Source of the DNA: an uncultured Actinomycetes bacterium
GTDB taxonomy: Bacteria > Actinomycetota > Actinomycetes > Streptosporangiales > Streptosporangiaceae
Length of the DNA: 64,000 bases
Direction of reading: 5' to 3'
Assembly: GCA_963709075.1 (NCBI GenBank)
Contig: CAVPUY010000010.1
Location: forward strand, 117,654 to 181,653
The notes beneath the pieces are model-generated. The model had not been told where the DNA came from. It was given only the letters and a program-made list of their open reading frames with translations, and searched no databases. Positions 53,433-62,795 of the stretch are shown in pieces. Position 1 is the first letter of the stretch; every line of letters starts with the position of its first letter. The position numbers and the translations under genes are program-made.

Positions 53433-54950
53433 GTGCCGGACATGCGGTCACTGCTCGCGGGATTCACCACGCGCGGCACGTCGTTCCTGGCCGCCGGCCT
53501 GGCCGCGGCGATCGCGGGGCTCGCGCTCGGCGAGCGTGACCTGGTCAGCGTCGGGGCGCTGCTCTTCATCCTGCCGCTGCTTTCCGCCCTGGCCGCGGGC
53601 CGGGCGAAGTACCGGCTGAGCTGCGTCCGGCAGGTCAGCCCGGCCCGGGTGCCGGCCGGCCACACCACGCACGTGAGCGTCCGGCTGGAGAATGTCTCCC
53701 GGCTGCCCACCGGCCTGCTGCTCGCCGAGGACGCGATCCCGTACGCGCTCGGCACCCGGCCGAGGTATGTCCTGGACGGGGTGGAGCGCGGCGGCGTGCG
53801 GGAACTGAGCTACCCGCTCCGCTCGGACCTGCGGGGAAAGTTCACCATCGGCCCGCTTGAGGTCAGGATCGCCGACTCGTTCGGCCTGGTGGAAGTCGGC
53901 CGGTCGTTCGCCACCACGAGCACGCTCGTCGTCACGCCCAAGGTCGTGCCGCTGGCCAGGACCGCGATCGGGGCAAGCTGGGTGGGCGAGGGCGATGGCA
54001 GGACCCGCGCGGCGGCGGCGGCCGGCGAGGACGACGTGGTGCCGCGCGCCTACCGGGACGGGGACGAACTGCGCCGGGTGCACTGGCGGTCCACCGCGCG
54101 GTACGGCGAGCTGATGGTCCGCCGCGAGGAGCAGCGCTGGCGGAACCGTGCGCTGCTGCTGCTCGACACGCGGCGCGGCGCGCACGCGGGCAGCGGGATC
54201 ACCTCTTCCTTCGAGTACGCCGTCGGAGCCGCCGCCTCGATCGGCGTGCACCTCGCCCGCGGCGGCATGGACGGCCAGCTCATCACCGACGCAGGCCCGG
54301 TCGCGGCCGCCGGGATGTTCGAGGACGTGCTGCTCGACTCGCTCGCGGTCATCAAGACCTCGCGCGGCACTGAGCTGTCCGGCGGCCTGGCCGCGGTCCG
54401 GGCGGCGGGCGGCGGCCTGCTCATCGTGATCGCCGGCCGGCTTTCCGCCGCCGCCGCGCGGCAGCTTGCCACCAGCCGCCGTGACGGCGGCCCGGCGATC
54501 GCGCTGCTGCTCGCGGTCTCCACCTGGAACCAGCCAGGTCACCCGCCCGGCCAGCCGCGGCGGGCCCAGGGCGGTGCCGGACCGCAGGGCCGGGACCGGG
54601 GCGCGCGGGCAAGCGGCAAGCCGTCCGCCGGAGCCGCGCCCGGCGGCCAGCCGGCGCCCGGCGGCCAGCCGGCGCCCGGCGGCCAGCCAGCGGCCAACGG
54701 CCAGCCAGCGGCCAACGGCCAGGCGCCGGGCGGCAGCCAGGCCGGGAGCGGCCAGGCGGCCGGCCACGAAGAGACAGCCGCGGCCGCTGCCATCCTGAGC
54801 GGCGCGGGCTGGCGCGTCGTCACCGTGGATGCCGGTATGCCGCTCGGCGCGGCGTGGCAACGGCTGGCCGGGGCCGGCCTGATGGCGCGCCCGCAGGCGC
54901 AGAGCTTCCTGCCGGGGGCCCACGGCGATATGCCGGGGGCAGCGGTATGA
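53433..54950 (+). CDS. DUF58-domain protein with two N-terminal TM helices and a Gly/Gln/Pro/Ala repeat insert
   Basis: Intact 505 aa. DUF58 core VPRAYRDGDELRRVHWRSTARYGELMVRREE. 18-bp repeats at 54639-54720 encode GGQPAP x3 and ANGQPA x2. The stop overlaps the next ATG (ATGA). Confidence 0.85.
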   Translation: MPDMRSLLAGFTTRGTSFLAAGLAAAIAGLALGERDLVSVGALLFILPLLSALAAGRAKYRLSCVRQVSPARVPAGHTTHVSVRLENVSRLPTGLLLAEDAIPYALGTRPRYVLDGVERGGVRELSYPLRSDLRGKFTIGPLEVRIADSFGLVEVGRSFATTSTLVVTPKVVPLARTAIGASWVGEGDGRTRAAAAAGEDDVVPRAYRDGDELRRVHWRSTARYGELMVRREEQRWRNRALLLLDTRRGAHAGSGITSSFEYAVGAAASIGVHLARGGMDGQLITDAGPVAAAGMFEDVLLDSLAVIKTSRGTELSGGLAAVRAAGGGLLIVIAGRLSAAAARQLATSRRDGGPAIALLLAVSTWNQPGHPPGQPRRAQGGAGPQGRDRGARASGKPSAGAAPGGQPAPGGQPAPGGQPAANGQPAANGQAPGGSQAGSGQAAGHEETAAAAAILSGAGWRVVTVDAGMPLGAAWQRLAGAGLMARPQAQSFLPGAHGDMPGAAV

Positions 54951-57490
54951 ACCTCCGGCTCACGATCACCACGGCCGCCGCCGTCATCCTGGCATCGGTC
55001 TCGCTGTACCCGGTGCTTGACGGCATCGGCTGGTTCTGGGCCGGGGCCGGCGCGGTCATCGTGGCCGCGGCGGCGGGCACGGCCACCCGGCTGCCCGCGT
55101 TGCCGGCCGGCGCGATAGCCACCGCCGCGGCGCTGATCGCTGGCATGCCGCTGCTGCTCAGCCCGGCATGGTACCTGAAGCTCCTCGGCCTGGCGCTGGT
55201 GCTCGCCACCGCGGGCAGCGTGACCCGGCTGCGGCTGCTGCCGGTGATCGCCGGCGCCGTGACCTACCTGGCCGGGCTGCTGATCTACCTGAACCTGATA
55301 TTCGCCACCCCGGAGTCGTTCGCCGGGATCGTGTCCACCACGGCCTCGGTCCGGCACCTGTGGCGGATGGCCAGCCTGGGCCTTGTCGAGCGGACCGACA
55401 CGCCGCCGGTCCCTGACTCGCATGGCGTCATACTGCTTGCCGCGGCCGGAATCGGGCTGATGGCGGTGGCCGCCGACCTGATCGCGGTGCGGCTGCGCAG
55501 CCCGGCCATCGCCGGGCTGCCGCTGCTTGCCCTGTTCAGCGTGCCGATCACGACAAGCGCCCGGCAGGGCGCAGTCGGCGCGACGATCACCTTCTGTCTC
55601 GGCATCACCGGCTACCTGGCGCTGCTCGCCGCCGACGGGCGGGAACGGCTGCGCATCTGGGGCCGCCTGGTCACGCTCTGGCAGAGCGGCCGGGACGACG
55701 ACGAGCCGGTCCGGGGGCCCGATACCAAGGCGCTGGCCGCGTCCGGCCGCCGGATCGGGCTGGCCGCGATCAGCCTCGCGATCTTCATCCCGCTGCTGCT
55801 TCCCGGGCTCCGGGTGCACAAGCTCTTCAGCGGGCACGGCAGCGCGGGCGGACCAGGCAGCAGGGTGATCCCGCTCCCCGATCCGGTGGTCAGGCTGCAG
55901 AATCTGCTGCTGCACGGCGGGAATGCCACCGTCTTGACGTACACCACGAACAACCCCGAGCCGCCTCAGCAGTACCTGCAGGTCTACGTGCTGAACTACG
56001 ACAGCGGCACGAATACCTGGGCGCTGCAGACGCCGGTCCCCGGCATCCGGGTGGGCGACTCGCCGCTGCCCGGGGCGGCCGGGCTGAACGGGCTCACGCC
56101 CGTGCGCACGTCGACGACCAAGATCGACGTGAGCGACGGGGTCACCGGCTACGGGGCCAGGCTGAACTTCCTGCCGCTGCCATACGTACCGGAAACCGTC
56201 CGGGTGCCGGGCAGCTGGGGCGTTGACCTCGACACCCTGATGGTCTCGTCGGCCAAGGCCGGACTATCCGGACTGCACTACACGGTGAAGGGCGAGGACG
56301 TGGAGCCCACCCTGCAGCAGCTGAACGCGCCGGCTGCCGCGCCGCGCGACATCGTCCGGCAGTACCTGCCGTTCCGTTCGCCGGATCGCAACGCGCTCCG
56401 GGCGCTGGCAGACGGGATCTTCGCGACGGCCGGCGCCAGGACGTCCTACCAGAAGGCGATAGCGCTGGAGAAGTGGTTCACGTCCGGGATCTTTACCTAC
56501 GACGTGCACGCCACCGAGCCGGACACCCCGGCCGGGCTGCTTAACTTCCTGACCAAGTCCAGGCGGGGCTACTGCCAGCAGTTCGCGTTCGGGATGGCGG
56601 CGCTGGCCCGGGTGGCGGGCATCCCGGCCCGGGTGGCTGTCGGCTACACCGCCGGCACCCCGCAGCGCAGCGGCAGCTGGAAGGTCACCACCGCGGACGC
56701 GCACGCCTGGCCCGAGCTCTACTTCCAGGGCGCGGGGTGGCTGCGCTTCGAGCCGACCCCGGGCGGCGCCACCGGGCAGGGTACCGCGGTCCAGCCGGCC
56801 TACGCTCAGGACATCTCGCCCGCGGCCCCTGGCGGCACGCTGCCGGCCACCACCCCGACCTCGCCCGCTGGCGCGCTCCCCGGCGCGAAGTCCCCGAGCG
56901 GGATACTCAAGAACGAGCGGAACCCGCAGGGCCTTGGCGGGCATGCCTCGGCCAGCCACGGCGGCTCGGCGCCGGTCATCCCGATCGTGATCGCCGTCCT
57001 GGTGCTCGCGGCGGCCGTGCCGCGGATCGCCAGGACCGCGGCCAGGCAGCGGCGCTGGCACGCAGCCAGGGGCGACACCGCGCTGGCCCATGCCGCCTGG
57101 CTGGAACTGCACGACGACCTGACCGACTATGGCTTCGGCTGGCGGGTCAGCGAGTCGCCGCGCGCGGTGTCTCGCAGGCTGGCGGTCACGCTCCAGCTTG
57201 ACGCCGGCACCAGGCAGGCTCTTGACCGGGTTTCGCTGGCTGAGGAACGGGCGCGGTACGCGAAGGTGGCGAAGGCGTCAGCGTCGCTGCGGGCCGATGT
57301 CGCCGTGATCAGGCGGGCCCTCGCCGCCAGGGCCAGCCGCGCGGCGCGGCTGCGGGCGCGGCTGCTGCCGCCGTCGGCGCTGGCGCCGTTGCGCTCGGGC
57401 CTGCAGCAGGCACTTGACGTGTTCGGCTGGCTGGACGCGGCCGGCCTGCGGGTCCGCGGCCGGGTCCGGCAGCTCGGCCGGGAAGCCTGA
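54947..57490 (+). CDS. Transglutaminase-like membrane protein (polytopic N-terminal domain plus Cys-His-Asp core)
   Basis: Start at Met32 of ORF 54854..57490. About six N-terminal hydrophobic helices. The core contains RRGYCQQFAFGMAALARVAGIPARV...DAHAWPELYFQGAGWLRFEPTP. Confidence 0.85.
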   Translation: MNLRLTITTAAAVILASVSLYPVLDGIGWFWAGAGAVIVAAAAGTATRLPALPAGAIATAAALIAGMPLLLSPAWYLKLLGLALVLATAGSVTRLRLLPVIAGAVTYLAGLLIYLNLIFATPESFAGIVSTTASVRHLWRMASLGLVERTDTPPVPDSHGVILLAAAGIGLMAVAADLIAVRLRSPAIAGLPLLALFSVPITTSARQGAVGATITFCLGITGYLALLAADGRERLRIWGRLVTLWQSGRDDDEPVRGPDTKALAASGRRIGLAAISLAIFIPLLLPGLRVHKLFSGHGSAGGPGSRVIPLPDPVVRLQNLLLHGGNATVLTYTTNNPEPPQQYLQVYVLNYDSGTNTWALQTPVPGIRVGDSPLPGAAGLNGLTPVRTSTTKIDVSDGVTGYGARLNFLPLPYVPETVRVPGSWGVDLDTLMVSSAKAGLSGLHYTVKGEDVEPTLQQLNAPAAAPRDIVRQYLPFRSPDRNALRALADGIFATAGARTSYQKAIALEKWFTSGIFTYDVHATEPDTPAGLLNFLTKSRRGYCQQFAFGMAALARVAGIPARVAVGYTAGTPQRSGSWKVTTADAHAWPELYFQGAGWLRFEPTPGGATGQGTAVQPAYAQDISPAAPGGTLPATTPTSPAGALPGAKSPSGILKNERNPQGLGGHASASHGGSAPVIPIVIAVLVLAAAVPRIARTAARQRRWHAARGDTALAHAAWLELHDDLTDYGFGWRVSESPRAVSRRLAVTLQLDAGTRQALDRVSLAEERARYAKVAKASASLRADVAVIRRALAARASRAARLRARLLPPSALAPLRSGLQQALDVFGWLDAAGLRVRGRVRQLGREA

Positions 57491-57607
57491 CCGCGAGCCA
57501 TCGGGCCAGGCCTGCAGGCCTGACGCAAGCCGGGCCGCCTGGCGCCGGGGTTCCCGTTTCACATCGTGGTTGTCGTGCCTGACCGCTTGCCCGCGGCCAG
57601 CCGGCAG

Positions 57608-58096
57608 CTACCGGTCGCGCTCCTGGCGGCGCCGCCACCGCTCTTCCAGCCGCTCCATGAACCGGGGAGACTGCCCGCCGCTCCTGCGGTCCTTGGCCCG
57701 GCGCGGGCCCTTGCCCCGGCCGGTGCCTGCCCGGCCAGCCGCGGAACCGCGGCCTGGCCTGCGGCCGGTGCCGCCCGCGCGGGCCGGGCCCGACCCCCGG
57801 GCGGTGGCCGTGCCGGTCATGTGCCGCCAGCTGTTCAGCGCCCACATGGCACAGGCCAGCATGACGACGAAACCAGCCACGCCGATCCAGATGATGTTGG
57901 ACACGACGCCGCCGAGCAGCAGGCCGATGCCGATCAGGAACCCGAACGCCGCCTCGACGACCCGGCGCTTGTAGTGCACGCGCGGGTCGCTGCGCCGGGC
58001 AGCGTGCGCGAAGCGCGGATAATCGGCGTAGAGCGCTTGCTCGATCTGCTCGAGCTGGCGCTGCTCGTGCTCAGACAGCGGCACGTTGCCTCCCAT
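57608..58096 (-). CDS. DUF3040-domain membrane protein
   Basis: Intact 162 aa. N-terminus PLSEHEQRQLEQIEQALYADYPRF followed by two TM helices. Confidence 0.75.
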   Translation of the reverse strand: MGGNVPLSEHEQRQLEQIEQALYADYPRFAHAARRSDPRVHYKRRVVEAAFGFLIGIGLLLGGVVSNIIWIGVAGFVVMLACAMWALNSWRHMTGTATARGSGPARAGGTGRRPGRGSAAGRAGTGRGKGPRRAKDRRSGGQSPRFMERLEERWRRRQERDR

Positions 58097-58219
58097 AGAA
58101 CTCGCGCTCGGCGACTGGTTCGATGACCTTCACCTCACGGCCTGGCTTATGCCCAGAATACGAGCGCGAGTACGTCAAGTGAAAGGGTACACGGCCCGCG
58201 ACCGCGAACCGGCGGCCGG

Positions 58220-59539
58220 TCAGCTGCCCGTGGTGCCACTCCGGTCACCCGGGCCGGCCGCATTCCCGTCCACCAGCGCGGCCGGCCGGACCGCATCCGT
58301 GCCGAACCGGCCGGCGATCCGGTCGACTGCCCGCTCCGCCTCCCGCCAGGAGGCCGGCCGGTCACCGAAGGCCAGCTGCGAGTCGGCGGCGGCCGTCGGG
58401 ATCAGGCCGGTGGCGCGGACGCCGACGAGGCGCAGCCTGGCCCGCGCATCGAGCCCGGCGGCTGCGTAAAGCAGGCATGCCGTGGCGTAGACCTGCCTGG
58501 CCACGTCCGTCGGCTCGGGCAGCGTCCGGGAGCGGGTGATCGTGGTGAAGTCAGCGAGCCGCAGCTTCACCACGACCGTCCTGGCCGCGCAGCCTGCCGA
58601 GCGCAGGCCGCGGGCCGTCCGCCCGGACAGCCTGAGCAGCTCGCGGCGGATGACCTCGGGGTCCTCGATGTCGGTGGCGAAGGTCTCCTCGGCGCCGATG
58701 CTCTTCTCGGCCACTCCTGGCACGACCTTGCGGGCGTCCCGCCCCCAGGCGAGCGCGGCCAGATGCGCGCCCGCCGCCCGGCCGAGCGCGCTTTCCAGCG
58801 CGGCGGGCGGCGCGTGCGCGATGTCGGCGACCGTGCGCAGGCCCAGGCCGGCCAGCACCCGGCCGGTCCGCTCCCCCACCCCCCACAGCGCCGAAACCGG
58901 CAGCGGGTGCAGGAAATCAAGTACCCGGTCAGCCGGGACGATGAGCAGGCCGTCCGGCTTGCACGAGGTCGAGGCGAGCTTGGCGACGAACTTGCTCGTC
59001 GCGACGCCGACTGAGCAGCTGATTCCCTGCTGCCCGCGGATCCTGGCCCGGATCAGCTCGCCGATCTGCGCCGGGCCGGCCGCCAGCCGGCGCAGCGCGC
59101 CGGACACATCGAGGAAGGCCTCGTCGAGCGCGAGCGGCTCCACCTCCGGGGTGATCGCCCGGAAGACCGCCATGACCTCCCTGGACACCGCCGCGTACAG
59201 CCCGTGCCTGGGCGGGATGAGCACCGCCTGCGGGCACAGCCTGCGGGCCCGGCTCATCGGCATCGCGGACCGCACCCCGAAGGCCCGGGCCGGGTAGGTC
59301 GCCGACAGCACCACGCTGCGGCCGCCCGGGGAACCCACGATGACCGGCTGGCCCGCCAGCTCGGGGCGGTCCCTGATCTCGACGCTGGCGTAGAAGGCGT
59401 CCATGTCCACGTGCAGGATGTGACAGCCGGCATCGTCGCCGGCCAGCTCCGCCCTGGCCCGGGGTGCCCGGTCGCCGGTCACTGGCGCCTCCTCGCGGCG
59501 TCGGCACGCAACTGCGAATCTAGCCGGGGGCACCGACAT
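58220..59539 (-). CDS. dinB: DNA polymerase IV (Y-family); the exact start is uncertain
   Basis: Intact 439-aa ORF. Contains ILHVDMDAFYASVE, LDEAFLDVSG and SVGVATSKFVAKLAS. About 40 poorly conserved codons precede the first motif. Confidence 0.9.
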   Translation of the reverse strand: MSVPPARFAVACRRREEAPVTGDRAPRARAELAGDDAGCHILHVDMDAFYASVEIRDRPELAGQPVIVGSPGGRSVVLSATYPARAFGVRSAMPMSRARRLCPQAVLIPPRHGLYAAVSREVMAVFRAITPEVEPLALDEAFLDVSGALRRLAAGPAQIGELIRARIRGQQGISCSVGVATSKFVAKLASTSCKPDGLLIVPADRVLDFLHPLPVSALWGVGERTGRVLAGLGLRTVADIAHAPPAALESALGRAAGAHLAALAWGRDARKVVPGVAEKSIGAEETFATDIEDPEVIRRELLRLSGRTARGLRSAGCAARTVVVKLRLADFTTITRSRTLPEPTDVARQVYATACLLYAAAGLDARARLRLVGVRATGLIPTAAADSQLAFGDRPASWREAERAVDRIAGRFGTDAVRPAALVDGNAAGPGDRSGTTGS

Positions 59540-59540
59540 T

Positions 59541-59622
59541 CCGGCAGGCTCAGGCGGGTCGCTCCGGCAGGCTCAGGCCAGTCGCTCCGGCAGGCTCGGG
59601 CCAGTCGCTCCGGCGGCTCAGC
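59541..59622. repeat. 23-bp tandem repeat, 3.5 copies, filling the nusB-dinB spacer
   Basis: ccggcaggctcaggcgggtcgct (59541-59563), ccggcaggctcaggccagtcgct (59564-59586), ccggcaggctcgggccagtcgct (59587-59609) and the partial ccggcggctcagc (59610-59622), which covers the nusB stop. Confidence 0.9.
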
Positions 59623-60028
59623 CGTCCGCCGTCGGCCTGAGCTCAAGCAGGCGCGCGAGCAGCCCGTTGACGAACGCAGGCGAGGCGTCGGTGGACAGCT
59701 CACGGGCGAGCAGCACGGCCTCGCTGATCGCCACGCCGTCGGGCACGCCGGGGTTCCAGAACAGCTCGTAAACGCCGATCCGGAGGATGTTCCTGTCCAC
59801 CGCGGGCATCCGGTCCAGGGTCCAGCCACGGGAGTTGGCGGCGAGCAGCTCGTCGATCTCGCCCTGGTGCTCTTGCACGCCGCGGACCAGCTCAACCGCG
59901 TACTCGGGCACCGGCGGGCTGGCCGCGGCGGTCCGCTCGGCGAGCAGGCCGAGCACCGGCTCGCCCCTGATCTCGGCCTCGAACAGGATGTCGAGTGCCC
60001 GTTTCCGTGCCTTACCGCGTGCCGACAT
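59618..60028 (-). CDS. nusB: Transcription antitermination factor NusB
   Basis: Intact 136 aa. ARGKARKRALDILFEAE... is typical of the NusB fold. Conserved efp-nusB neighbourhood. Confidence 0.9.
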   Translation of the reverse strand: MSARGKARKRALDILFEAEIRGEPVLGLLAERTAAASPPVPEYAVELVRGVQEHQGEIDELLAANSRGWTLDRMPAVDRNILRIGVYELFWNPGVPDGVAISEAVLLARELSTDASPAFVNGLLARLLELRPTADG

Positions 60029-60067
60029 GGTCGCCGTCCGGTTGCCGCTTGGACTCAGCTCCGGGGG

Positions 60068-60625
60068 TCACGCCCGGCCGAGGTAATCGCCGCTTCTGGT
60101 GTCGACCCTGATCTTCTCGCCGGTCGTGATGAACAGCGGGACCTGGATCTGCGCGCCGGTCTGCAGCGTGGCCGGCTTGGTGCCGCCGGTGGAGCGGTCG
60201 CCCTGCACGCCCGGGTCGGTCTGGCTGACCGTCAGCTCCACCGACGCGGGCAGGTCCACGTACAGCGGCACCCCGTCGTTGAACGCCACCGTCGCGGTCT
60301 GCTCTTCCAGCAGGTAGTCCGCGGCGCCGCCGACCGTGGCCGCCGGGATCCTCGGCTGGTCGTAGTCCTGCACGTCCATGAACACGAAGTCCTCGCCCTC
60401 GCGGTAGAGGTACTGCATCTCCCGCTTGTCGACGTTGGCCACCTCGACCTTGACGCCGGCATTGAAGGTCCGGTCCACCACCTTGCCGGTGAGCACGTTC
60501 TTCAGCCTGGTGCGCACGAAGGCGCCGCCCTTGCCCGGCTTCACGTGCTGGAAATCCACCACGCCCCAGAGCTGGCCGTCCAGGTTGAGCGTCATGCCGT
60601 TCTTCAGGTCGTTCGTCGTGGCCAA
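60068..60625 (-). CDS. efp: Translation elongation factor P
   Basis: Intact 185 aa. Contains [24 protein letters not shown] and [16 protein letters not shown]-like [16 protein letters not shown]. Confidence 0.95.
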   Translation of the reverse strand: MATTNDLKNGMTLNLDGQLWGVVDFQHVKPGKGGAFVRTRLKNVLTGKVVDRTFNAGVKVEVANVDKREMQYLYREGEDFVFMDVQDYDQPRIPAATVGGAADYLLEEQTATVAFNDGVPLYVDLPASVELTVSQTDPGVQGDRSTGGTKPATLQTGAQIQVPLFITTGEKIRVDTRSGDYLGRA

Positions 60626-60679
60626 GTCTGTCGTGTCTCCTGCGTGGGGGCGGTAGTCGGGCCGGGCGGGCGCCGCGCG

Positions 60680-61774
60680 CTAGAGGACGAGCAATTCCCT
60701 GGTTACCGTGGTGAGCAGCTCGCCCGGGATCGCGCCATTACCGGTGAAGGCGCGCACCACGAGGGTGTCCTCGATCCTGACACCGCCCCGGCCAGGCAGG
60801 TAGATACCGGGCTCGACGGTGACGGGAACTCCGGCCGCAAGTCTACCCGTCCTTCCCGACGCGATTATCGGTGCCTCGTGGATCTCCAGGCCGACGCCGT
60901 GACCGGTGCCGTGCCCGAAATGACCGCCGTGCCCGGCCGCGCTGATCAGGTCCCTGGACGCGGCGTCGACATCGGCCACGTCAGCGCCGGCCGCGGCCGC
61001 GGCGAGGCCGGCCCGCTGCGCGGCGGCAACCAGGTCGTAGATCTCCCGCTGCCACCCGGCAGGCTCGCCGACCGCGACGGTCCTCGTCATGTCCGCGTGG
61101 TAGCCCGCATACCGGGCGCCGCAGTCGACCGTGACGAGATCCCCGGCGCGCAGCGGGCGGCCGGCCGGCACGTGATGCGGGGTGTCGCCGTTCGGCCCGC
61201 TGGCCACGATGGTGTCGAAGGCCGGCTTCTCCGCGCCGCGGTCGGTCATCTCGCGCTCGAGCGCGATCGCCAGCTCGCGCTCGGTGCGGCCGGGCCGGAT
61301 CTCGGCGAGCACCGCCTCGAAAGACTCCGAGGTGATCTGGCAGGCGCGGGCCAGCAGCGCGACCTCGGCCGGGTCCTTGACCATCCGCAGGTCCTCGACC
61401 GCCCGGCCGAGCGGGATCAGGGTCAGGCCGCCGGCATCGATCAGCGCCTGGTGCCGCTCGACCGTCATCTCCTGCGCCTCGAAGCCGACCACCGCCAGCC
61501 CGGCGGCAGCCGCGCTTGCGGCCAGCGCCGACTCGGTGAACCGGTCGATGACCAGCTCGAGGTCCGGGCAGTCGCGCCGGGCGGCAGGCTCGTAACGGGA
61601 GTCCGTGCCCAGCACCGCTGGCCCGCTGACCGGCAGCAGCAGCGCGGCGTTCGAGCTGGCCAGCCCGGTCAGGTAACGGACGTTGACGCCGCTGGTGATC
61701 AGCGCGGCGTCCGCGCCGATGGCGGCAGCCTGCTGCTGGATGCGCGCCCGGCGGGCAGCGTGAATGTCGGGCAT
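60680..61774 (-). CDS. pepP: M24-family Xaa-Pro aminopeptidase (PepP/PepQ-like)
   Basis: ORF 60680..61837 with the start at Met22. Metal ligand motifs VDCGARYAGYHADMTRT, HGTGHGVGLEIHE and VEPGIY...GGVRIED. Confidence 0.85.
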   Translation of the reverse strand: MPDIHAARRARIQQQAAAIGADAALITSGVNVRYLTGLASSNAALLLPVSGPAVLGTDSRYEPAARRDCPDLELVIDRFTESALAASAAAAGLAVVGFEAQEMTVERHQALIDAGGLTLIPLGRAVEDLRMVKDPAEVALLARACQITSESFEAVLAEIRPGRTERELAIALEREMTDRGAEKPAFDTIVASGPNGDTPHHVPAGRPLRAGDLVTVDCGARYAGYHADMTRTVAVGEPAGWQREIYDLVAAAQRAGLAAAAAGADVADVDAASRDLISAAGHGGHFGHGTGHGVGLEIHEAPIIASGRTGRLAAGVPVTVEPGIYLPGRGGVRIEDTLVVRAFTGNGAIPGELLTTVTRELLVL

Positions 61775-61945
61775 GCTCACGACTGTACGGCGCGTGCCCG
61801 GCCCGCCAGCGGGATGCCCGCAATCATGATCATGCACTGAAGATCAAGATCGCTTATTAACGGGAACTTCAGCGGCGGATGTTTATTCGCCGCTGAGCGG
61901 GCAGGCTGCCGAGCGGTCAGCCACCCCGGCTGCACGGAGGTGAAC

Positions 61946-62795
61946 ATGACGGTCCCGTCGGTCCGCGAAATCGCGGCAGCGCCAGCAGCGGAGCTCGCGC
62001 ACTACGACGACGGCGAGCTGCTCAGCCTCGTCCGCTCGCTGCCGCTCGGTGACCAGCGGCGCAGCGCTGCATGCGAAATGCTCGTTACGCGCTACCAGCC
62101 GCTGGTCCGGTCCTGCGCGCGGAAATACTGGAACGGCCCGGAATCGGCGGACGAGCTGATGCAGGTCGGCTACGTCGGGCTGATGAAGGCGATCAACAAG
62201 TTCGATCCCGAGGTCGGCGGGAGCCTGGCCGCTTACGCCTTCCCGAGCATCAGCGGCGAGCTGAAGCGGCACTTCCGTGACCGCTGCTGGCAGGTGCACG
62301 TGAAGCGGTCCGCCCAGGAGCTGGTGCTGGAGATGCGCAAGGCGGCCAGGGAACTCACCCAGCAGCTCGGCCGTGCCCCCGCCGACGCCGAGCTTGCCGC
62401 GCAGCTGCGAGGTCAGCGTCGAGGAACTGCTGGACGCCAGGCGCGCCGACCTCGGCTTCCACGCCTGGTCGCTGGACGCGCCGATGGCCGGCGACGACGA
62501 CGCGGCCAGCCTCGCCGAGCTGCTCGGCGAGGAGGACGGCCACGTGGAGCACACGCTCGACATGGCGGCGGTGTCCGCGCACTGGAACGAGCTGCCCGAG
62601 CGGCAGCAGCGTATCCTGCTGATGCGGTTCTACGGGAACATGACCCAGGCCGAGATCGGCGGCACGCTCGGCATCTCGCAGATGCATGTGTCGCGCCTGC
62701 TGAGCCAGTCGCTCAGCTACCTGCGTGATTGCCTGCTCGGGCCAGAACACCGGCGAGCACCGGAGCAGCCGCTATCGACGGTTGGAGAATCATGA
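61946..62795 (+). pseudogene. SigB/SigF/SigG-subfamily RNA polymerase sigma factor, 1-nt insertion at 62408
   Basis: ATG 61946 (GGAGG 5 nt upstream). Region 2 LMQVGYVGLMKAINKFDP...ISGELKRHFRD in ORF 61940..62728. Regions 3/4 LPERQQRILLMRFYGNMTQAEIGGTLGISQMHVSRLL in ORF 62373..62795. Confidence 0.85.
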
